64,000 nucleotides of DNA from Laetmonice hystrix (taxonomy: Eukaryota), in contig OZ249439.1 in NCBI GenBank assembly GCA_965235115.1, forward strand, positions 17,236,001 through 17,300,000, written 5' to 3'. Shown one piece after another: positions 49,001 to 60,693 of this stretch (the stretch's first letter is position 1; every line of letters begins with the position of its first letter). A program made the position numbers and the translations under genes. The notes below the pieces were generated by a model. The model had not been told where the DNA came from and did not search any database. It saw only the letters and a program-made list of their open reading frames with translations.

Positions 49001-52000
49001 GTGACATGACAATATCACCATGGACATGGTTCCTGAGTCTACTGATTGTGACGTGACAATATCACCATGGTTCCTGAGTCTACTGATTGTGACGTGACAA
49101 TATCACCATGGTTCCTGAGTCTACTGATTGTGACGTGACAATATCACCATGGTTCCTGAGTCTACTGATTGTGACGTGACAATATCACCATGGTCGTATG
49201 GCCTGTTGCTAAGTGATCTGTCGCTCCGGTTGTCTTTTTTTTTGTTTTTTGATGTCACAACTCCCAAACGGGCAGAAATCTGCCCGTTTTGCTTGGTGTG
49301 TACCTGTCTCAATCTCTGAGGGGAGGGAGGAGTGAGCACTGAGCAGGGGACCGGTCAGTGTCAGTGTCGCCGCCTCGCCGCTCTCAGCTGCAGAGCCACA
49401 GGGACAGGTGTCTGGACGTTTCGAGCGACGACCACTTCGAGCACGACTATTTTACAACTTGGCCTGTATTTTACAACTTTGGTTCTCAGAAGTCGCCAAG
49501 AATTGTATGCCTATCTTTCGTATGATGATGATGGTCGGAATAGAAATTTCAATACCGTGGCTCTCTATAAAAATCGATTCATACTGTGTGGAAGAAGTTT
49601 AGTAACAAAACGAAGGCCGCAAAGTTGCGATAACGGACCTCTTGGCAGAGCATCCAGGAATCGCTGGGCCAGTGTCACTTGACAACTAAATGGTGTTCTG
49701 GAAGACACCATTTAGAAACTGAACTAGCTCGAACAGGGCCGCGCTCAACGGTCTCGATCGAAATAGGCCGCCGTTTGAAATTGGCAGCCCGTAATAACCT
49801 ACGGACAAGCGCCGGCTGAGCCCCGCTCAACTGCGGTGACACAATGGCAGGCCTCGAATTACACGACGGCATCGACGGCCGTCGTGCCTTTTCCATGTAT
49901 CGTAAATTTGCCGTCGTGCCCTTGAAAAATCTTATGGTGTTTCTTATGTATCGACGGCAGTTTTTGCCATGCCCCTGTCAACTTCTAATTCGAGGCCTGC
50001 AATGGTATATGTGATCCAAAGGTTCTGGGTTCAGGCCACAGCCTCGCCAGACCTTCCTTCATAGCAGTGCTGCTGATAGACGTTGACTCTCCCCTATACG
50101 CTGTCGTGTTAGGGTCGTTGGAACCGGTGTAGACATTTTGCAGAATCCCTTCAAATAAGGAAATGGCACCGATTCATATCTCTACGAATACATGATTACT
50201 TCCCTTTACATTTGACGGCATGCAGCGCACAGTTTAGGAAGTAATACGCTCCTTCTGTAATATATTATAGCCGTTTTTATAAACTCTACCAAGGAATCCT
50301 TTATATCCGCCATTGTTTGTCAGTACTGCGCATGTGCAAATGGAACCGGAACCAGCTGGTTCATGTTATTGTCCACTGTGTGGTGTGGCAAACGCTTGCC
50401 GAATGGCGATGGGGAGTTTCAAAAAGTAGGATTGAACTTAAAACAAAAGGCCCGTCAAGTCAAAATCACCTTCGGAATAGACAAACTTTTCTTGACCAAG
50501 ATCCTAGCGAACACTACACATTAACAGGGGCATCTCAGTGTAAGTAGACATCGCGACAGGGCTTTGAAATCGGCCTTGAAACCAAGCCAACCGACGCATT
50601 TGGTAAAATTCTCTATGCCTTCTCCCACATCCTTAACGTGGAGCTGTTAAGGGTGTCCACGTCTATGCTGCTGACTGCTTTGTCAAAGACCGGTCATGTC
50701 AAGATACGGTACATAGATTTGGAGGGGCATATTAAAGTCCCAGCCCTGGCCTTGCCCTTGGCCTTGGCCCTTGGGCTTGGCATTTATCGTGATGTTGTGA
50801 ACTTGTGCAGGTTTCCTCCTATCATCTCATCATTATCACCCAATGGATTTCATGCAATTTCATTCATAGTTAACCTTAACAACTATGTAGGAAAATGCAG
50901 CAAATATACTGTCGGAGCAGTTGCCTGTTGCCCGATGAATTTCATTGGCTGGTCAAGTCAATGCCAGATCAAAAATTCTGTCAACAACTAGCCATAAGCT
51001 GATCGCTTCATTTATTATCTCAAAATAATGTTATCTGTGGCCATTTTCAATTTCTCATCCAGGGATGACTGAATGTATCATTGCTGCTGCACTATCTAGG
51101 ATAGGCCTACAAGTGTTGCATCTTGACAGGTAAGTTTGTCAGGTTCAAGTATAATGAGCTGAAACCAGCCATTAAAAAGCCATGGTTTTTCAATGAGACA
51201 CCTATGGAAGTATTGATTATCAAAGACTTCACAAGAAGTTGTTGTCTAGACTAAGGAGTTCAGATGAATGTTAGCAAACTAGAACAAATCACCAGATAGC
51301 TGATGTAAGATGGAATGCATGCCACCTTTCTCCAAAGCCTTATGTGAGAGTATTGGTCAAAATCAACAATTTCACACGCCTCTTGCAGTCTTGCTAGGAG
51401 CGCAACAATGCATGAAGTGAACATAAACAGACTTCAGTGTAGATAGAGGTGCAGGAATGCCATTGTAAGGGTTTGAAAACTTAAATTTCAGCTTAAGGTC
51501 ATGTGCGCCTTTAATAATTTGTTCTCCTTGTTTCAGAAATGACTATTATAGTGGAGACTGGGGAACATTTCATTTTGAAGCATTACAAAAGTGGATTTCC
51601 AAACAGAAGGTATGCATTGCTAGTTATCATTCTAGTAGTAGAAGTAGTAGTCACAAAACTGCCTATTCTGTATTGAAGCTGCAACATTATCTGTGAAAGT
51701 GCTTTTTTTTCTGAATAGAAAATTTCAAAGTCAGGGTGTAGCCTTCAATTTCAGATTTAGACATTGTAATTAAAGTAGTTTGGAAGGTTGTAAGTGAACT
51801 ACAAGGTCGTCTGAAAAAAGAACTTGGTATTCTTATTGTTGTGAGATTATTGGAAGTGGTGAAACAGATCTGGGCCCGGTTTTTTTGTTTACTTTTCCAC
51901 CGTGAGCAAGGGTGGGCTGAGCTGAGCAAGGGTGAGCATGAGCTCATTCTCACCGTTTTCTTGTTTTGGGGGTTGCTTTTTTTTCCACGAGGCGTGCTCA

Positions 52001-55000
52001 TGGTGAGCAAGCTCGCAGGAAAAACACCCCAAAAACCGAAAACAGTGAGCAAAACGGTGAGCATGAGCTTCTGCTCACCCTTGCTCAGCTCAGCTCACCC
52101 TTGCTCACGGTGGAAAAGTAAACAAAAAAACTGGCCCCAGGTTGATTCCATATTGGTGACAGTAGACCTAGCACAAAATACTAGGCCATCTACACTTGGG
52201 TATGATGACACATCTTTGACATTGTGGTTGCAGGAAATAGGAGAAGATGCATTGTCTGTTAAAAAAGTTGACATCACCACCCTTCTTAAAGAAGGAGAGA
52301 AGACCCTGCCACTCCAAGTTGAATCGAAAGCAGTCTACAATGTTACAGACCACATTTATATCCAGTATGTAACACATACATATATTGTATCTGATATTGC
52401 AAGTGGTACAACTATTCAGGAACATGCAGCGAGTAACATGAAACAATCGAGGAAATTGCTGAGGAGGTTGCTATATTGCTTTAACCTTGCCTAGGTAATA
52501 AGCCCCATCAATGTCTAAGATGTGATACTCTACACTCTTTGAGAAGAAATATATGGGCATCACATAAAAGGGATAATTTAACTTCTTTACTTTATCTTTT
52601 TGTTATCTATAAATTAGAAATCTGGATCCCAGATTATTAGGTGGGTTCATGGCTCTCCAGATTTTGAAAACAAATTGGCTCCCAGATTTTTTGGACTATT
52701 TCTGAGCCAGGAGTCAGAATTTGGGCTTGGTATAATGGAAATGAAATGGAAAATGTGGGATCCTTCCACAAATGAGCAACAACCATTTGAGGTTATGTAA
52801 AACAACCATAGCAACATATTTATCAAGTGACTTTATAAAAACAACTTGCAGTTCCAAATTTCTTGCCTCTCTTAGCTTTTGCATTTATTCTTTACTTTTT
52901 TCTAGAGAAAATGGCCCAGAGACAGGGCCTCCAGCTAGGTCACTGGTGAGTGAATGTAAAGATGGATATAAGATGCCACCTGCAGATGTTGCCAGCAGCC
53001 CCTTGCCATCTCTGGACACCAGTGACAACCACCCTGTACCTCCTGAAGATACCGGTGACAACCACTCTGTCCTACCTAGAGTAACCACTGACAGAAAGCC
53101 TGTGGATCCATGTGTCAACACTGAGGAAAGTCAGCAAATGGTGACAGGATGTCAGGATGGCATACAAGATGCTACTTTAGCAAATTGCTTGGATCATACA
53201 TCAAGCATTGAACTCAAGACACCTGAAGAGAAAGATGAAAGTGTATCAGAAAAGATGTTAGATGATGCCAAACCTAAAGAATGGACGTTTGCTGATCTAA
53301 AAAAACAGTGGAGAAAATTCAACATTGATCTTCAACCAAAGGTTCGCAGAGTTCTTCTGTCTAAGAGATGGTTATGTCCTGATTGTGGTGTAACCATGAG
53401 TTTTATCTTGTCTATCCTTCTGTCTAAGAGATGGTTATGTCCTGATTGTGGTGTAACCGTGAGTTTTATCTTGTCTATCCTTCTGTCTAAGAGATGGTTA
53501 TGTCCTGATTGTGGTGTAACCGTGAGTTTTATCTTGTCTATCCTTCTGTCTAAGAGATGGTTATGTCCTGATTGTGGTGTAACCGTGAGTTTTATCTTGT
53601 CTGTCCTTCTGTCTAAGAGATGGTTATGTCCTGATTGTGGTGTAACCGTGAGTTTTATCTTGTCTATCCTTCTGTCTAAGAGATGGTTATGTCCTGATTG
53701 TGGTGTAACCGTGAGTTTTATCTTGTCTATCCTTCTGTCTAAGAGATGGTTATGTCCTGATTGTGGTGTAACCGTGAGTTTTATCTTGTCTATCCTTCTG
53801 TCTAAGAGATGGTTATGTCCTGATTGTGGTGTAACCGTGAGTTTTATCTTGTCTATCCTTCTGTCTAAGAGATGGTTATGTCCTGATTGTGGTGTAACCG
53901 TGAGTTTTATCTTGTCTGTCCTTCTGTCTAAGAGATGGTTATGTCCTGATTGTGGTGTAACCATGAGTTTTATCTTGTCTATCCTTCTGTCTAAGAGATG
54001 GTTATGTCCTGATTGTGGTGTAACCATGAGTTTTATCTTGTCTATCCTTCTGTCTAAGAGATGGTTGTGTCCTGATTGTGGTGTAACCATGAGTAAACTC
54101 ATCTCAATCCCTGTTGCTCAGGCCAAAATATATGTTAGATATCCTGTTTATGGCAGAGCCCTACTCGACCTGTAAAGCTCAGGAATGAGGTTTAATTCAG
54201 AATTGGATTTTGAACATAGGATATGTAAGGAATGGCCAAGTTACTGTTTGTAGATGCTGTACTGTCGTGGGCCAATGGTGGAACTTCTAATATCATCTGA
54301 CATAGCGAAGTACTGTGAATTTAAGTCAATTACTCGAGTTCTAACACAACTTGACGGGCAACTACAGCAGGTGGGTGATACAACTTTAAGATAATCCTGT
54401 GCCATAGAGACTTATTCACGTTAAATTACTTTCCAACTTTGACTTGACACAACTCTATATATGATATTTCTATGTTGTACATTTTTTATTTTGACAGGTT
54501 CCATGTTCTCGTGCTGATGTCTTCAGTTCACGTCAGGTGTCGATGATTGAGAAAAGGATGCTGATGAAGCTGTTAACCTTTTGTGTTGAATTTGAGAAAC
54601 ATCCAGGGGAATATGATGGTATGATGTGTTTTCACTAAGCATTTCAAACACATACCAGTACTAGAATAATTAAAAATTAATTAAAATTAATTTAAAATTG
54701 AGGAGGATTTTTTTTTAAACCTGACTTGTGTCATCAGTAACAGTTATCGTTCTATATCATATTAAGTATATTCATCATTACATTCACTTATAATTCTTTC
54801 ATACTTCAGGATATGAAGAGAAACCTTTCTCAGAGTTCCTGGCATCAAGAAAGTTGACAACAAATGTTCAACATTATGTGAAGCATGCTATAGCTATGGC
54901 AACAGAAGATATGAAAACACTTGAGGTTTGTTTGCCCTTGTTTGACTACTTTGGAATAGAGGATCTAACAAGTCTGTTTAATTATCTTGATTTATTGAGT

Positions 55001-58000
55001 ACCGGTAACAGTAATTTTCCCTGGTGCTTTCAATGACATGAGACACCAAAATCAAGATGAAAAAACTTTTCTTTTGAAGGGTCTAAAGTCAACCCAAAAG
55101 TTCTTGCGTTCACTTGGTCGTTATGGAAACACAGCTTTTCTGTGGCCACTGTATGGCAGCGGAGAACTGCCACAGTGCTTTTGTCGGTGAGTTTCAGTGA
55201 TACACCCTTGTCATGGACTCTTCTTGATCACCTTTAAAACTTGGGCATTTCAGTGATACAGTCATTTATAATATCAACATTTTATTTGTGTACACAAGCA
55301 TATTAATTATGTGAAGTCTACTAGTAATTGTAAATCAGTTTCTCAAAAACACCAGGTCTTGCTGTTTCAGAGATAGTAAAAAGTGGATAGTCATGTTCAA
55401 TTTACCCCTTTTCATAGACATTAGAATAAACATCAAATATCCTTTTTTCCATTTCAATTGTAGCATGTGTGCAGTTTTCGGTGGAATTTATTGTCTGCGA
55501 AGGACAGGCGTGTCACTCGTAGTTAATGAAGAGAAAAAGTAGGTTGTAACTGTTTGATCCCAAATCGATTCGGGCCAGATTTTTTTGTGCTGAATTAACT
55601 TGCCAGCCTGCTTTCATAATTTTGTGTGTGCCGTTCTGTGCACAGGCATCGGCAGTTATCAATGATTGTGCCTGCAAAGTGGAAAAAGGTGATTGTGCCT
55701 GCACAGTGGAGAAAGGAGAAACGGTTGCTGTTTCAAGTTATTTACCTTTCCTTAGTACAGTTTAACATTCAGCCAAATCATATTTTTATTATAAGGGATC
55801 TTCACTTTCAGATGCAGAGGAATAATTGATACTGAGGGAGAAAGACTTGAATCAAAGTAAGCAAATAATGATAGTTAACATGGAATATAACTTACTTGTT
55901 GACTAAGATTTCCTTCTCTGCTGCCCCCTTTAAAAGTTCAAGCAACAGAAAACAGTAATGTAGCCAAGGCCATTCCTTCAGTGTTTTTGTACGATACTAA
56001 ATCAGTGAATGACTAGACGTACATCTAAACCATAAGGTCTGCCACGAAAACCACATTTCACACGATTGCCGTACCAGGAACCTGGTACATTTGTATTACT
56101 TTATTATATTCCATTCAATATTTTCTTATTTATTTAAAGGTGGGTTGTACTAGAGTCTAGTTATGCCTCAGGAGCCCTTGTCCCTGATGGACTTGGAACC
56201 AAGTAAGAACTGCCAAACTCTTTCTAGGTGTTTCCCCGATAATAACCTGTTTCTCCAAAGTAGGTGCCATGAATACCGCAGCTATGGTTTCTACCCCATA
56301 TTTCTTTGGTAAACAATAATGTTGTAAAGAGCAAAAACTACTGAGCTTGAAATAACCAGTTTTTAATTTGTTATGCCATTTACTTATAAATTTACCAATA
56401 AACTATTTTACAGATCAATATCTCGTGGCATTCTTGTGACGGATAGAAGTTTACATGCTTCAGATTCTGAACATGTGAGCATTGTTCTTTGAAAACTGGT
56501 TTGACATTATTTACCTTTTTAGATATATTAACCAAACTTGTCAAGATAGATAACAAAAGAGACCACTGGCCTTTTTGTAAAGTTAAAACGTCAGTAGCTG
56601 GCCAGTCTATTTTACATTGTACATGACGTGTGATCCCTGATAACTTGGCACTGCAGTACCATTATTTCCAGTACCTGCTTTTTATTTCTAAAAAATATTA
56701 GAAATGAAGAAATTGTTATGATCTTAACATGAAGCAGAGATGGCTGTTGATGGTGAATATTAATAATTGTTAGTTTAGAAATGTGTAATTGTGTTGTTTG
56801 TTGGCACAGATAACACTGCTGAACCTGAAGGCGTGCGGTGGGCAGAAGAGTGATGTAACAATTATAGAGCTTTCTTCTATGTCAATGGCCTGTCCGAAGG
56901 ACACCTGTGAGTAGTCAGACAGGTTGGGCTGGGAGCATTCAAGTTAAACACAGACTGTAAAAGATTCTTAAATGATTAATTGGTGGTGTATTGGCTCCAG
57001 AATTAGATGAAGTAACCATATTACCGGTAATGTGTTTTAGGATGTCCCTCAACTTCAAGTTTGGGCTGTTTTTTCAGATTTAGTACATCTCACTTGTGAT
57101 GGCACAAGTGGACCTGAGGACGATTTCGCCCCTGTTCTCTCAGAGCTGTTCCAACCAACCATCAAAGGTGACTACTAGAGCAAAGGTTTTGGTACGAATG
57201 CTGATTGTTGTGATGTGTGTAGCATATAATATGTAGATGCCTGTTCACAGATACTGAATTTATTTTAAAAATGCATTGTATATATGTAAATGTTGATTTA
57301 ACATTTCAGATTGCAGTCAGGAGGATGATACCCGTCCTGTAATCCTATGGTCTGTGTTCTTCACTCAGGCTGACACGACTTGTGTCTCACTGAATGAACA
57401 TGGTGTTGAGGGAGTATTTGTTGTTGGTGGACCTGATCGCCAACTGGACTTTGATCATGCCATCCAAGAGGTTCGCATCATATGAATATTCGTTATCTGA
57501 ACCCCTTAATTTGCCTGGTAGATGTTGCCAATCTTTATCTCGTTCTTCATTTTTTAAATTATTTCCATCTGGATAGACTTTTGGCAGAGAGAAGTGTTTA
57601 TTTTATTTGCCACTGAAAGGTAACTGATAAAGTTAATGCTTTATCTCGTTAACAATTGAATAACAAGGAATTTTAATAGATTAGGACTATTTATACTGCA
57701 CCTACAGTTATATATGTTGTTAATGTTAAGAAGACCAGCAACTCGCAACAGCAAAGTTCCCAGTACTAGCATGTGTGTTTACCCATACACCAGACAACCT
57801 TTTTTCTTGGTCAGTAATTGGTGATACTAACGATTGAGATTGTTTTAACAGGCAAGAGATATTTTTGAGAAGATTTGCCCTGGAGAGGAATTCCTTCCAA
57901 GGGCCCCGAATCCTGAAGACATTATCTATGACGATGATCAACATGGTCCCCATAACCAAGGCAGTGGTTTTGAACCAGAGGGACCCGCCAGCCAAACGCC

Positions 58001-58163
58001 AAGTACAAGTGACACATCAGATGCTGACACCAAGACAGAAGACAAAACTGAACAAGATGACGTAGCTCAAAGTCCATCTATTCACAATTCTCAAGCAAAA
58101 GAAGAGGATAAAAATAAACATTCTCTGGCTGCCAGCATAGATTCATCTGTGATAGAAAAATGA
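46025..58163 (+). CDS. CHM: Rab escort protein 1 / Rab geranylgeranyltransferase component A (choroideremia protein), 17 coding exons, 707 aa
   Basis: Hand-spliced join: 46025-46076, 51063-51129, 51537-51609, 52234-52364, 52906-53341, 54254-54370, 54498-54618, 54810-54925, 55080-55186, 55464-55538, 55812-55856, 56140-56202, 56414-56474, 56810-56906, 57078-57167, 57310-57470, 57852-58163. All introns are GT-AG, the frame is continuous, total 2124 nt. Motifs: [113 protein letters not shown]. The long acidic insert in exon 5 marks REP rather than RabGDI. Confidence 0.96.
47252..48053. mobile_element. Tc1/mariner-pogo type MITE (23-bp perfect TIR, TA TSD)
   Basis: TA|cagtcaaacctggataatccgac ... 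gtcggattatccaggtttgactg|TA, with many subterminal atccgaca repeats. Confidence 0.9.
47521..47668. repeat. 20-bp GC-rich minisatellite (about 7.5 copies) inside the Tc1-type MITE
   Basis: Unit cacagtcgc(a/c)cctc(g/c)cgccc. Confidence 0.92.
48991..49194. repeat. 41-bp tandem repeat, about 4.8 copies
   Basis: Unit tctactgattgtgacgtgacaatatcaccatggttcctgag. The first copy has a 5-bp insertion. Confidence 0.95.
49848..49999. mobile_element. 152-bp MITE with CAGG termini and 6-bp TSD (hAT6-like)
   Basis: Perfect 14-bp TIRs caggcctcgaatta / taattcgaggcctg, with CAATGG on both flanks. Internal gacggc/gccgtc repeats. Confidence 0.8.
51873..52137. mobile_element. MITE with about 66-bp TIRs, Harbinger-like (CWG flanks), in CHM intron 3
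   Basis: Near-perfect arms gg(c/g)cc(g/a)gtttttttgtttacttttccaccgtgagcaagggtg... Flanks are CTG and CAG. Confidence 0.8.
53354..54094. repeat. 63-bp minisatellite, about 11.75 copies, in CHM intron 5
   Basis: Unit cttctgtctaagagatggttatgtcctgattgtggtgtaacc(g/a)tgagttttatcttgtct(a/g)tc, starting 12 nt after the exon 5 donor. Confidence 0.97.
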
Positions 58164-59781
58164 TTGACTACTGCAATAAGTACAGTAGCCAAACACCAAG
58201 ACTAGTCATGTATTATAATATGTATGATGATGAGGAAGGAAATGACTGCAGGCTAAATTATGACAGAATCGATTATGTAAGGGTTAACATGATGACTTAT
58301 TTGTGAATTTGTAATTGTTTAGATATAATGTGAAGTACTGTCTAATTATTCCAAATCATTTAAAAAATAGGTTATGCAAGCAAACTGTATACATGTAGGT
58401 CTACGTCCGGAGTGCAGACGTGCAGAGAATGCCACCAATTCTTACAATAGTTGAATAGTGAACGTCTGCAAACAAGTTGTATATCCGTATATCACTGAAT
58501 GATACTTACACAAGCATAAAGACAAGCTCGGTGAATATTAGAATGCTGGCCTTCAGCACAACATCACAGATTTATAGATGGTTTAATTAAGAATGTCAGG
58601 AGTCTAATGAGAAACTCATTAACTTATTCATTGTCCAAAACCCTTGTTTCGGTGATCTGAAAACGGTCACTTAACGCTTATTTTCCCTGTACGTATGCAC
58701 CAGTGATGAGCAGGGGCAGGCTGGAGACTGGGTAATCCCAGGGCAGGCCTTGTGGTAAAAATATGTACGCAAGTATGATATCTACCTGTGCATTTGTCCA
58801 AATTTGTATTATATTATACGGACCAATCATAAAAAGGTGTATAAAATGTTACAAATTGCGGTGTCAGAGATGTTTGCTAGAACGACCACAATTCTTTGTA
58901 ATGATTTCCCCGTGCCAGTCCCTGACTGTGGCCCACTGGCTGGTACACAATGGCAAAGGTACAGGGGTATATTCTTGTTGCTAGTTTTACATGCCACTTA
59001 TTACATGCAAAGATGTATCCAAGCTTTCTTATCTTGGTGGTTTGTCCCGTTTACATAATCCCAAAGCTAATGACAGAATCATACTGATATAGGTCTACAC
59101 GTCCTAAGTAAACATAAATACCGAACTTGTATCATCTCTCACATAAATGTCGAAAAAGTGTATACCGGGATAGATCTAGTTATGTTGCATTTTGTTGAAA
59201 ATTGCTTAATGTAATGTACTTGAATTACCTGAATCAAATGATTTGAAAACCAGACTGAAATTATTAGATTTGTGCAGATTTTTCAAGGAAATGCAGAGAT
59301 GAGACCAATTTAGTATGATTTTATTTACTTGCCTTGTAGTATAGTGTGACCATTATGTTCTTGAAACGCTTATGTTGGCATGTTGGCATTATTTATGCAA
59401 TCAAGTAAAGCCTAATATCTCTGTATATTGATCTCTTGGTCAATATACAGATCCCCCCCCCCCCGAAAAAAACGGGGGGGGGATACGATTGAAAAGAGAA
59501 TTTGATAAAACAGATTTCATGGAACAAACCAGACGTTAATAAGCTGATGTTTGAAACCTGCCAGTGTTTACATGATATTTGTCGGAGGGAATATGTCACT
59601 TGAAGTGAGCAAAGGTTTCCACACTCCTGGATATATATAAATATACAAAAGGCATAACTGAAATCAAATGAATATTATTATATCTTCAGTAAATGTCGTA
59701 CGAGTTACCAGGTACATCGTAATAGTGATTGTATGAAAAGGAAAATCAAAGTTAATGTGTATGTTATGAATATGCTATCAG

Positions 59782-59799
59782 AATAAAACCACGAATAAA
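59782..59799 (+). terminator. Tandem poly(A) signals, candidate 3' end of CHM mRNA
   Basis: AATAAA at 59782 and 59794, about 1.6 kb after the stop codon, followed by T-rich sequence. Confidence 0.55.
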
Positions 59800-60289
59800 A
59801 GCTTCACTGATTTCATCTTTGTGACATGATAAAAATTATGTTTTCTAAAAGTCACTTAGTCATATTAAAAACCTTTTCCTTTTTCGCAAGGCATGTTTGC
59901 CAATTGTCTTTTGAAATACTACTGGTAACTGGGTTTTATTTCAATGGTGTAACGCTTGTCCCATTAGGGACAAGAGCGGATGCATATAACCTAAAAGTTG
60001 CTAATATATATTTTGCAGTAGTGGTAGACCTACCAGGGAGATTGCTTCACCAGCCCTGTCAGCAGTCAAATAATTCATTCTATGGCCCTAATAAGGTACA
60101 CTAAGGACGTTGTAATCTGGTGATAACTAATTTTGATCGCGCGACTGACAGGGGCCATGAACCGAACGGTCCTAGCGTTTCTATGATCAAATTTTGACAT
60201 TTATAGATAAGGCCGCCTTAGTTGATAACATAGACCTGAAGTAGATCTTTAGGTCTATGTTGATAATCACCAAGCCAGGTAGGGGGCAG

Positions 60290-60570
60290 TGAACGTGAGC
60301 ATAGGCGCCGGAACCGGGGGGGGGGGGACAAGGGGGCCTTTCCCACTAAGAAATGTCTAGCTACAGCCCTGGGGTGTAGGCAGAACTGAGATAAGGGGGC
60401 GGGGGTCCAACTGTAATGGGGAGGGGGTCCCAACCATAATTAGTCAATCATTAAGATCTACAATGTATTTAGTTATTTAATTATCTATTAATTATCTTTT
60501 TTTGGAAGGGGGGGGGGGTTCCTGGCAACCCGCACCCCCCCCCCCCCCGGCTACACTCTTGATTTGGACA
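60290..60570. mobile_element. Nested or degenerate MITE fragments with poly-G/C subterminal tracts
   Basis: Unpaired TIR-like ends (cataggcgccggaacc, ctagctacagccctg, ccggctacactcttg). The segment 60385-60519 recurs at 62388-62527. Confidence 0.5.
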
Positions 60571-60693
60571 AAATAACCCACACTCCTTCTCATGAGCCTC
60601 TTCCAGGCTCATGGGAAGGAGTTCGAAACTAACCCTGTCTACCATCATAGACGTAAAGCAAAGGGATATAGATTCATTGATCTATGGGGATAT

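Larger units (their letters stand above)
46230..49726. mobile_element. 195-bp inverted repeat pair (46230-46424 / 49533-49726), possible long-TIR non-autonomous element filling CHM intron 1
   Basis: About 15 differences over 195 bp by manual alignment. TAG...CTA outer ends. No clean TSD and no transposase ORF recognised. Confidence 0.55.

Noticed and set aside
49266-49290. Rho-independent terminator (GC hairpin followed by Ts)
   Set aside because: It lies in a eukaryotic intron; a short perfect hairpin alone is not evidence of function.
51841-52494. 217-aa ORF as an independent gene
   Set aside because: It is a chimera of a MITE and CHM exon 4 (52234-52364).
53332-54102. 256-aa minus-strand repeat protein
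   Set aside because: By-product of a 63-bp (multiple of 3) array lying antisense inside a CHM intron.
52772-54175. Stand-alone 467-aa zinc-finger-like gene
   Set aside because: The ORF is CHM exon 5 plus flanking intron. The repeat part is the intronic 63-bp array, and the real exon 6 (MLYCRG...) starts at 54254. It is kept only as a possible retention isoform.
46025-58163. RabGDI instead of CHM
   Set aside because: The long insert after the N-terminal motif, the MLYCRG segment (LLYSRG-type rather than FLMANG-type) and the C-terminal [17 protein letters not shown] are REP features.
59452-59484. Hairpin atcccccccccccccg-aaaaaaa-cggggggggat in the CHM 3' UTR
   Set aside because: Homopolymer-based, low complexity and prone to sequencing error; no evidence of function.
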